Shown here piece by piece: positions 9,073 to 16,728 of a stretch of 64,000 nucleotides of DNA. Source of the stretch: a virus (Duplodnaviria; Caudoviricetes); IMG/VR virus record IMGVR_UViG_3300046167_000724; one strand, 5' to 3'. The stretch's first letter is position 1. Each line of letters starts with the position of its first letter. Under the pieces are notes generated by a model that saw only the letters and a list, made by a program, of their open reading frames with translations, was not told the DNA's origin and did not search any database. The position numbers and the translations under genes are program-made.

Positions 9073-9687
9073 ATGATTAAAACATACGATGACTTCCTTT
9101 TGGAAAAGAACAGACCTTTTAGTGCAACGTCAATTACAGTTTTCGACCTAGATGATACATTAGTTATTACTGATGCAAAAATCAAGGTATGTAATATTGT
9201 AACAGGTGATTGCCATGAACTAACTCCTGAAGAATTCAATGAATATGAATCTAATCCAAATGACAAATTAGACTTTGATGATTTCAAATCACTTGAGATT
9301 ATGAAAGCTGGTGACCTTATTCATTATTACCTTAAAATCTTAGCAGAAGCTTATAAAATGAAAAGAGCAGTTGGTATCGTTACGGCGAGAGACGACCGTG
9401 AGATGATTTACAAGTGGCTTAAAGAGCACGTAGGCTTCCACATTGCTAAGGACCTTATTTATGCAATCAACGACCCTGTACACGGTCTAAAGGGTTCTAT
9501 AGCTGAGAAAAAGCAACAAGCATTCAGAGAATACATTGATATGGGATATAAGAAGATTCAGTTCTTCGATGACGATGATGCTAACCTAAGATTAGTTAAA
9601 GAATTACAGTCAGATTACCCGGATGTAGAAATTTCAGTATATAAAGCAGACAAGAGTAAGTTTAAAAGAATAGAAAAGAGAAAGTAA
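9073..9687 (+). CDS. HAD-superfamily phosphatase with CTS-like tag
   Basis: FDLDDTL motif I, IVTAR motif II, FFDDD motif IV; begins MIKTYDDFLLE. Confidence 0.75.
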   Translation: MIKTYDDFLLEKNRPFSATSITVFDLDDTLVITDAKIKVCNIVTGDCHELTPEEFNEYESNPNDKLDFDDFKSLEIMKAGDLIHYYLKILAEAYKMKRAVGIVTARDDREMIYKWLKEHVGFHIAKDLIYAINDPVHGLKGSIAEKKQQAFREYIDMGYKKIQFFDDDDANLRLVKELQSDYPDVEISVYKADKSKFKRIEKRK

Positions 9688-11693
9688 TGAGTACATTTGG
9701 TGACATTAGAGCAAGATTAGCTTCAGTACTTGAGTACGGCGTTTTTGAAGACGTTGAGATGAAAGACGAAGCTGGTTTGATTGATTATCTTAAAGGCCTT
9801 AAAACAGAGCCAAGACCTAATACTACATTTAAAGTAGCTGGTAGAACGATACCTAGACCTGAGATTGAAAAACTAATTGGTAAGGCAGGTATTACTTTTG
9901 GCGATGATAAATCTGAAACTACACTGGATGACAAGCAACTTAAAAAGATGGGTGACTATTCTGAAAAGATGTCTGCCGAATTTGATAAGATTGCTTTTGA
10001 AGGTGAAGACGAAGAAGTATTCAAGGCTGGTTTTGATAAACTAATGAAAGGTGGAAAAATCTCTAAAGAAGATGCAGAGATTGTTGCTAAATACGCTAAA
10101 ATTGGTGAAACAGAAAGCGGTAAGAAGCTTAAAGTTTATTTTGCTAATACAACGCCGGGTGAATTCAGACAAGGTGCAAGAGAAAAAGTACTAGATGTTA
10201 CTGATTCAGACGGTAGTTTACAAAAAGCACTTATGGATGCTGGTATGGAATCAACACCATCTACAACTGTAGGCGGTGGCGTAAAGCCAAAGATTGGCCC
10301 TAAAGCAATTAACCCTAATAAAATTATCGGTAAGAAGCGTAAGGTTGAGGTACAATCTGAAAAGACAGCCGACGGTAAAATCAAATCTGTTACTGTTGAC
10401 GGTAAGAAAATGAACCGTATTGAACCACCAGATGAAAAGGCACTTAACGAAAATACATTACAACTGGAAGCTGTTAAAAAGCAAAATCCAGACTTAACAG
10501 ATAAACAAGTTGACGCACTTGTACAAAGAACGCGTAGAGCAATCCAAAGACACAACGAGTCTCTAGAGAATCTTGCTAATTTGAAAGATGTTGAGTTCCT
10601 GGACCCTGTTGAAGGTCTAGAGGGCTTGAATCAAAAAGAACGTGGTGATAAGATTCAAAAAGAATACTCTATGGTCATTCATGGAAAGCTTAAAGAGCTA
10701 ATGGGTGATAACCCTACAAAAGCAGAACAAGATATTCTAGCAGACATTGAAAAGATGTCTACAATTGAAAGTCAAGAAGACTTTGATAATGCTGTTATTG
10801 AAACACTTCGTAAAATGGACAAAGTTGATTCAATCAGAAAAGGTTCCGCTGACTTGGCTGAATCATTTGTATACATGTCTCTTAATAAAAAAGGCCTTAG
10901 AACAGAACTTCCAGCTGGTGAGAACTTCCCAGTTGCTGACGTTATCTCTCTAGGTGGTGATATCGACATGAATGAACTAGACCCTAACGACCCTGAATAT
11001 GCTTCTAAGATTGCTATGCAAGGTCTACCTCTAGTAGTTAACCTTGAGATGGAGGGTGGTATCTCAGTAAAGAAAGACGGTGGTGCTGCATCTGCTGCAA
11101 AATCAAAACTCGGTGAATCAACGTTCAAAAACGAAAAGACGGCTGAGCAGCTTTACAAACTGGTAGATAACCATAATGCATTCTTAGGCACTCAATCGGA
11201 ACCAACAACTGATGAGACTATTAAAGAAGGTACTAAACAAATGGATGAGGTTGCAAACTGGGCAATTGATAACGGTGTCTTAACTAAAGAAGAGGTTGAT
11301 GGTTTAAATTACGGCGGTAGGTCACCTAAAGAATGGGCTAAAGATACATTAGATAAATGGGAAGACGAAGGTAAAGGTCCTTTTGCAGCTGCAACTCTTA
11401 AAGGTTTGGAAATGCACGCAAAACAAGCACTTCTTTTATCTGCAATACATAACTCTGAACTCACAGAACAAAGTTATGGTAATGTTAACGTCAGTACTAA
11501 AAAATCTGATGGTGGTATTCATGTTACAGATGGTATTACAAGTGCTTCATTAATGGGTACTTCTTTAAATCCAGGTTTCAAATTTGTTAAAGACAAAGAC
11601 GGTAATACTATTCCAAGACCGAACGCGGTTTATACTGCAAATCTTAAACATGCGGAATGGGACGCAGAGTCAGAACGTTTTACAACAAAATAA
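9687..11693 (+). CDS. Large hypothetical protein, possible C-terminal PD-(D/E)XK-like nuclease domain
   Basis: 668-aa ORF; AESFVY...LPAGENFPVADVI...ISVK spacing resembles a restriction-endonuclease core. Confidence 0.35.
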   Translation: MSTFGDIRARLASVLEYGVFEDVEMKDEAGLIDYLKGLKTEPRPNTTFKVAGRTIPRPEIEKLIGKAGITFGDDKSETTLDDKQLKKMGDYSEKMSAEFDKIAFEGEDEEVFKAGFDKLMKGGKISKEDAEIVAKYAKIGETESGKKLKVYFANTTPGEFRQGAREKVLDVTDSDGSLQKALMDAGMESTPSTTVGGGVKPKIGPKAINPNKIIGKKRKVEVQSEKTADGKIKSVTVDGKKMNRIEPPDEKALNENTLQLEAVKKQNPDLTDKQVDALVQRTRRAIQRHNESLENLANLKDVEFLDPVEGLEGLNQKERGDKIQKEYSMVIHGKLKELMGDNPTKAEQDILADIEKMSTIESQEDFDNAVIETLRKMDKVDSIRKGSADLAESFVYMSLNKKGLRTELPAGENFPVADVISLGGDIDMNELDPNDPEYASKIAMQGLPLVVNLEMEGGISVKKDGGAASAAKSKLGESTFKNEKTAEQLYKLVDNHNAFLGTQSEPTTDETIKEGTKQMDEVANWAIDNGVLTKEEVDGLNYGGRSPKEWAKDTLDKWEDEGKGPFAAATLKGLEMHAKQALLLSAIHNSELTEQSYGNVNVSTKKSDGGIHVTDGITSASLMGTSLNPGFKFVKDKDGNTIPRPNAVYTANLKHAEWDAESERFTTK

Positions 11694-11714
11694 TTTAAAA
11701 AAAACGGCATAATA

Positions 11715-11755
11715 TTTTTTTATGTCGTTTTTTTTGCTTATATTTATAATGTAAT
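11715..11755 (+). promoter_or_regulatory. Class-1 (early) promoter repeat
   Basis: ttttttatgtc...ttttgcttatatttataatgtaat. Confidence 0.65.
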
Positions 11756-11769
11756 TAAAAGAAAGCATT

Positions 11770-12003
11770 ATGGCTAAAGCAAAAAAGACAGTTGAAGTTC
11801 AGGAATTAAAACGTTGGGCTAATTCTATTTTGAGTACACCATTAGGTGAAGTTGAACACATTACTCGTGATTTCAAAGACGGGATTTGTGTGATGATTGA
11901 AAAAGTACTTCACGAAGCAAATGCATATAACGGTTATATGTTCTTGAATAATGAAGACAGTGAATACCAAACTTACGGTTACTTAACTCGCCAATACCTA
12001 TAA
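11770..12003 (+). CDS. Hypothetical early protein
   Basis: ORF directly after a class-1 repeat. Confidence 0.7.
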   Translation: MAKAKKTVEVQELKRWANSILSTPLGEVEHITRDFKDGICVMIEKVLHEANAYNGYMFLNNEDSEYQTYGYLTRQYL

Positions 12004-12005
12004 TT

Positions 12006-13073
12006 ATGGAATTAGTCATTGAAAAACCAATTGACGAATTATTAAGTAGGATTCCTTTAGACGCAAAGAAAGAGGTCCTAAAGTTTTTAGCTAAAGATGA
12101 AGTCGATGAAGAACATTTCATGGACCGTCTTGGCACATACGAATCTATACAAGAACTTCAAGCAAATTACCATCTTGAGATGGAAGATCAATTCTCAAGA
12201 GATGTATTCATCATTCAACCGAAAGGATTAGGTATGGGTGAGGTTTGGATTGCTTGGTTAGTTAAAGGTTCTGTTATCTCAGGTGGTGGTGAATCATTTG
12301 ATGTATTGTCTAATGGTACACAATATGAAGCCAAAGCATACAACTTCTTTCCACACTACAAGACCAAAGAATTACAACTTGGTAAATATGAAGGTGTATG
12401 GAGACTTGGTAACGCAGGTGCTATGAGTAACTTTACCTTTGTAAAGCACTTAACGCATGCCGTTGATTTGATTTCTGAATTATATGCAAATACAAACGCA
12501 CATATACCCGAATTAAAAAATGTACTCGATATCGTAAAAGATATTGAGCGATTAAGTCCAAAATACGGAATGGCTGCGGATTTCTCAAGAGGTGAAGTTA
12601 GTAAGAAGAAAATGCGAATGATGTTCAAGGTCATTGATATGTTGCACAATTATGTTGCAAAACATCATGGCGATTACGACATTGTTACATTTGCGGCGTC
12701 AACTCCTGGTAATCCCAACATAACATTTAAAATACAACCAGCGACAGCTAAAGAAATTAAAGAAGGTAAGATTAAGATTATAGCACCTATTAATGAATAT
12801 GACATAAGTGATGTATTTGTACTTAGACGTATGCTTGTCAAGTCAAAATACATTAGAGAAGGTGTAAGTGCTATTATAACCGACATTAATAAAGACTTAG
12901 ACCTTGTTGAAGCCAAATATGAAGGTATTAACTTTATTATCTTTAGAAAGAGTGGTATGAACATTACAAGCAAAATTAGACGTATTGAAGGTACTGCACT
13001 TGAAGACTTAAAAACTGCAGTTGGTGAAGTTTTTAATCTATCTTCAGCATCTGTTCGTGTTCGTGAGAAATAA
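12006..13073 (+). CDS. Putative PD-(D/E)XK endonuclease
   Basis: GMGEVW...GGGESFDV...YEAK active-site-like spacing. Confidence 0.5.
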   Translation: MELVIEKPIDELLSRIPLDAKKEVLKFLAKDEVDEEHFMDRLGTYESIQELQANYHLEMEDQFSRDVFIIQPKGLGMGEVWIAWLVKGSVISGGGESFDVLSNGTQYEAKAYNFFPHYKTKELQLGKYEGVWRLGNAGAMSNFTFVKHLTHAVDLISELYANTNAHIPELKNVLDIVKDIERLSPKYGMAADFSRGEVSKKKMRMMFKVIDMLHNYVAKHHGDYDIVTFAASTPGNPNITFKIQPATAKEIKEGKIKIIAPINEYDISDVFVLRRMLVKSKYIREGVSAIITDINKDLDLVEAKYEGINFIIFRKSGMNITSKIRRIEGTALEDLKTAVGEVFNLSSASVRVREK

Positions 13074-13182
13074 TTGAAAAAAACTTGTAAAAAGTTGCTA
13101 AATCTCGCAAACAAAGTGTGGTTTTTGATATATATAATATATGAGGAATAACTCCTTGTAAAATCAATATTCTTATAGTATT

Positions 13183-13353
13183 ATGGCTAATTACATTTCA
13201 GTGGTCACTCCTACTACTGAAATTAGTCTAGCCCCAGCAATAAGCATGAATGAGTATACGCTTGACATGGCAATTGAAGCCATTAATACCGTAGAAGAGC
13301 ATGCTGATGAATGCATGGATTGGGCGATGTTCGGTGTCGGTGGGCCATCTTAG
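13183..13353 (+). CDS. 56-aa small protein (not in ORF track)
   Basis: MANYISVVTPTTEISLAPAISMNEYTLDMAIEAINTVEEHADECMDWAMFGVGGPS; upstream GATATATATAA, downstream terminator. Confidence 0.55.
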   Translation: MANYISVVTPTTEISLAPAISMNEYTLDMAIEAINTVEEHADECMDWAMFGVGGPS

Positions 13354-13361
13354 AGAACATT

Positions 13362-13390
13362 AAGGGACGTGAGTTTTTGCGTCCCTTTTT
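13362..13390 (+). terminator. Intrinsic terminator
   Basis: aagggacg-loop-cgtccctt followed by T-run. Confidence 0.75.
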
Positions 13391-13393
13391 ATT

Positions 13394-13437
13394 TGAAACA
13401 ACATCTATATTCAATCGTATAATAATTAGATATATAA
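13394..13437 (+). promoter_or_regulatory. Tandem class-2 (TGAAACA-N17-TATAAT) and class-3 (GATATATAA) promoter candidates
   Basis: Both motifs seen directly upstream of ATG 13443. Confidence 0.55.
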
Positions 13438-13442
13438 TAAAT

Positions 13443-13970
13443 ATGAAGTTTATCAAAACATTTGAAGATTACGAGCAGGTTTCACCTGCATTAAAAGCAC
13501 ATATTGAAGAAGGTTTAGACTTAACTAACTCGTTCTTTAGATTAGGCTCAGACGCATACAGTGAACTGTTTGAAGAAGTTAAACAATACTGGGATAAAGG
13601 TAATGTTATATTAAAAGGACCTTCTGGTTGGATGGCAAAGAACTTACAAGTTGGTAAGAAAGCCGTGTACCAGGGTAAAGCTGTTAAGCTTGATTCACCA
13701 CAAAGAGGTGGTTCAAAGAAATTTATCGTATATCGTGCGTCTGAGAGAACTGATGCTGATGGTAACATAGTTGCTAAAAAAATCGAATGGGGTGATAAAA
13801 CGGGTTTATCTATCAAGAACGATGACCCAGGAAGAGCTGCAAGTTTTTGGGCTAGACACAAATGTGATTCAGCTGCAAAGATGGACCCTAATAAAGCGGG
13901 ATTCTGGGCATGTTATGCACCAACGCTTTTCGGAAAGCAAATTGGTATTAAATCAGACCAACCCTGGTAA
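13443..13970 (+). CDS. Conserved phage protein (DUF6321-like C-terminus) with CTS-like tag
   Basis: Start moved to MKFIKTFEDYE; KNDDPGRAASFWARHKC...KAGFWAC. Confidence 0.6.
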   Translation: MKFIKTFEDYEQVSPALKAHIEEGLDLTNSFFRLGSDAYSELFEEVKQYWDKGNVILKGPSGWMAKNLQVGKKAVYQGKAVKLDSPQRGGSKKFIVYRASERTDADGNIVAKKIEWGDKTGLSIKNDDPGRAASFWARHKCDSAAKMDPNKAGFWACYAPTLFGKQIGIKSDQPW

Positions 13971-14059
13971 TTAATGTTAATTCTAAAAATGATAAGTATA
14001 GTAATAATAGGTTGGATACTTATCAATAGAATTTTGTATTGGATGGATAAGCATATCAA

Positions 14060-14434
14060 ATGATTACAAATAAATTAGTTGACGTCACAGATCTAAAAAA
14101 AGAAGACTGCAAATGTAAAAATTGTGGTTGTGGTAAAATGACAATGGAAGAAATGGTCACAATGATAGATGACCAAACATTACCATTTGTACAAACTAAT
14201 CACGAGGGTTATATTACTAGAGAATTTGACGCAAGTGCACCTGAACATTTATTCAAATGGCATTTTGATGATGCTGACCGTGAAATCACAGCACTTAATG
14301 AAAATGATTGGAGGTTTCAATTTGACAATGAATTACCAATTCCAATGTCTAGTACTGTTTTTGTTAAAAAGGGTGAGTATCATAGACTTATTAAAGGCAC
14401 ATCACCACTTACTTTAAAAATAATTGAAAAATAA
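14060..14434 (+). CDS. Conserved phage protein, cupin-like
   Basis: KWHFD...DWRFQFDNELP...GEYHRLIKG. Confidence 0.55.
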   Translation: MITNKLVDVTDLKKEDCKCKNCGCGKMTMEEMVTMIDDQTLPFVQTNHEGYITREFDASAPEHLFKWHFDDADREITALNENDWRFQFDNELPIPMSSTVFVKKGEYHRLIKGTSPLTLKIIEK

Positions 14435-14486
14435 TTGCTAAAAAGTTTTTTTATATCAAATAAATTGCCTATATTTATATAGTAAT
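14431..14486 (+). promoter_or_regulatory. Class-1 (early) promoter repeat
   Basis: ttgctaaaaagtttttttatatc...ttgcctatatttatatagtaat. Confidence 0.7.
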
Positions 14487-14498
14487 TGAAAGTAGGAT

Positions 14499-14996
14499 AT
14501 GAAAAGAAAGATTTTACCAATTATCATTTTAACATCACCGCTGTTATTTAGTAACGGTAGTGCGTTTAATGATACACGACTATTTGAAACACCAATAGTA
14601 CTCACCAGTAAAGAAATCAAAGCGGTTCCCAGTGTTGACGTGGAATCTAAATTTATAAATGCATTGATTCAAGTAGAGTCAAGAGGTCGTGATTCAATTA
14701 TTGGTGATAAGCATCTTGTAGGTAATGAAGCCGTTGGTGCTCTTCAAATTCGACCTATAATGGTTCGTGAAGTAAATCGCATCTTGAAGATAAAGAAAAG
14801 TGATAAGCGATTTAAATTGAAAGACCGATTTTCACGTGAGAAATCTATTGAGATGTTCATGATTTGGAAAAACTATCATCATTCTGATGATGAGTTTGAA
14901 ACTATTGCTAGAAATTGGAATGGTGGTCCAAAAGGCTATAAGTCTAGTAGAACTGAAAAATACTGGGTAAAGGTACAACAAGAGCTAGATATATAA
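14499..14996 (+). CDS. Lysozyme-like/lytic transglycosylase with N-terminal signal
   Basis: IQVES catalytic Glu, GALQI, ARNWNGGP; hydrophobic N-terminus. Confidence 0.7.
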   Translation: MKRKILPIIILTSPLLFSNGSAFNDTRLFETPIVLTSKEIKAVPSVDVESKFINALIQVESRGRDSIIGDKHLVGNEAVGALQIRPIMVREVNRILKIKKSDKRFKLKDRFSREKSIEMFMIWKNYHHSDDEFETIARNWNGGPKGYKSSRTEKYWVKVQQELDI

Positions 14997-15017
14997 TAAA
15001 ATAATATATTCAAATAT

Positions 15018-15284
15018 ATGAAAAATCTAAGAACATTTGAATCATTTTTAAATGAAAAGAAGCCTAGTCACTATATGGCTGAGCTAGTTGATATGCTATC
15101 TAATTCAGATTCAATGGAAATGACACCAGATGAATTTAAAGACTATTGTGTTAAGGAATTTGGTATAGACCCAGATGATGCGCTTGACATTCTAGATGCT
15201 TACTGGACATTAGGTGCTAGAGACAGGTACCGCTTTAACGACGACCAATGGATTAAATGGTTAAACAAATTAGGTATTAAGTAA
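15018..15284 (+). CDS. Putative internal head protein (CTS-like tag)
   Basis: Begins MKNLRTFESFLNE. Confidence 0.6.
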   Translation: MKNLRTFESFLNEKKPSHYMAELVDMLSNSDSMEMTPDEFKDYCVKEFGIDPDDALDILDAYWTLGARDRYRFNDDQWIKWLNKLGIK

Positions 15285-15727
15285 TGAAGAATATTAAAAC
15301 ATTTGAAGCTTTTGTTAATGAAAGTATAGAATATGCTTCAACAAAGGTTAATGGTAAGAACGTTGTTTCATCATGGGCAGGTTCAGCAGATAGTGAAAGA
15401 GATTTCATTAAGATGATTAAAGACATGCCTGAAACTCTTGAATCAATCAGTGTACAGTCTGATGCGTCTGCATCATATTCGGCTTCCGAAGAATTTAAAG
15501 GTCCTATCAATTCATCTAAGAAAGCTAAAATCATTAAGCTTGTAAAAGATGTAACGAAAGCTTTTAAATCAGAAGGTGATGAAATTACATCATACGTATT
15601 AAGTTCGTTTGCACCAATTTATGTTAAGGACCATGATTCATCTAGGGCATATATCCAGTACAAAACCAAAAAGTCAGATAAATTTGGTAAAGATATGGCA
15701 TCTGGTAAATACGGACCGCTAGATTAG
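15284..15727 (+). CDS. Putative internal head protein (CTS-like tag)
   Basis: Begins MKNIKTFEAFVNE. Confidence 0.6.
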   Translation: MKNIKTFEAFVNESIEYASTKVNGKNVVSSWAGSADSERDFIKMIKDMPETLESISVQSDASASYSASEEFKGPINSSKKAKIIKLVKDVTKAFKSEGDEITSYVLSSFAPIYVKDHDSSRAYIQYKTKKSDKFGKDMASGKYGPLD

Positions 15728-15755
15728 TATAATTTAATTCAAATTAAATACAATT

Positions 15756-15788
15756 AAACCACTCTATTCATAATAGGGTGGTTTTTTT
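15756..15788 (+). terminator. Intrinsic terminator
   Basis: aaaccactctat-tcata-atagggtggttt then T-run. Confidence 0.7.
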
Positions 15789-15821
15789 GTTTGATATATA
15801 AAGAAAAAGTCACTTAACCTA

Positions 15822-16226
15822 ATGCAAACAGATCCATTTAATAACGAGAGAGATAGTAAAGCTATTGTTATGGAACTTCTTAACGCTTTTAATTCATTTA
15901 AACAGCGACTAGAAGACCCTAATTATATTCAAATGGAGAATGCTATTCGTCAAATGATGGAAGGTCAAAAAGATATGCGTTCTGACATTACTGAGTTAAA
16001 GAAACAATTATTGAATCCATTTGATGGTGTAATTGTTGAAACTAAGAAGAATACTGAATTTAGAGAATCTTCTGAAGAGAGTAAAGTGGAATATCTTAAG
16101 CTTATTGAAGAGCATAAATCTTTAATGAGATGGAAATCTAATGTTATCAAAATCGGGGTTGCATTATTAACATCTGCAGGTGCTATTGTTGCTTTTTTAT
16201 TAAGTGAATTTGTAATTGGTAAATAA
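15822..16226 (+). CDS. Coiled-coil protein with C-terminal TM helix
   Basis: Hydrophobic VIKIGVALLTSAGAIVAFLLSEFVI at the C-terminus. Confidence 0.6.
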   Translation: MQTDPFNNERDSKAIVMELLNAFNSFKQRLEDPNYIQMENAIRQMMEGQKDMRSDITELKKQLLNPFDGVIVETKKNTEFRESSEESKVEYLKLIEEHKSLMRWKSNVIKIGVALLTSAGAIVAFLLSEFVIGK

Positions 16227-16726
16227 TGGTAGCGGAAAGAATATCATTAGGTGCTATTTATACGACTTTTCTTCAATTAGAAATTAATGAAGGAAGGGTG
16301 TACGATATTGTATTGGATTACAAAATTGGTAATAGGACAATATCACCACCGGCTTTTAAAGACCTTGCGGCGCTTAAAAGTTTTATAAATACAAATTACC
16401 CATATATTAGACTAACGGGTACAGATATGATTTGTACGTGGCAACCATATATGCCGGTTAAATTTTGGGTTGAGAAAGAAAACGGAATTCAAGTGCAATT
16501 TAAACAAGCACTTAATACAACTAAAGGTAAATTATACAATTTATCAGAGAAAAGACTTAGGGAGCTGTATGGCTACATAAATAGTATCACTGGTTACATA
16601 CATTTTGATGACTATATATCTCCTACAACACCAACTTATGTTGAATGTGTATACATTGATGACATTATAGAAGATGGTGGTTATATTAAAGCAAATGAAG
16701 AATACAAAAAATACACCAAATTATAG
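16226..16726 (+). CDS. Hypothetical protein
   Basis: 166-aa ORF translationally coupled to its neighbours. Confidence 0.65.
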   Translation: MVAERISLGAIYTTFLQLEINEGRVYDIVLDYKIGNRTISPPAFKDLAALKSFINTNYPYIRLTGTDMICTWQPYMPVKFWVEKENGIQVQFKQALNTTKGKLYNLSEKRLRELYGYINSITGYIHFDDYISPTTPTYVECVYIDDIIEDGGYIKANEEYKKYTKL

Positions 16727-16728
16727 AT

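Noticed and set aside
13311-13442. N-terminal extension of ORF 13311-13970
   Set aside because: It crosses a terminator and promoter motifs; the tag-bearing ATG at 13443 is the better start
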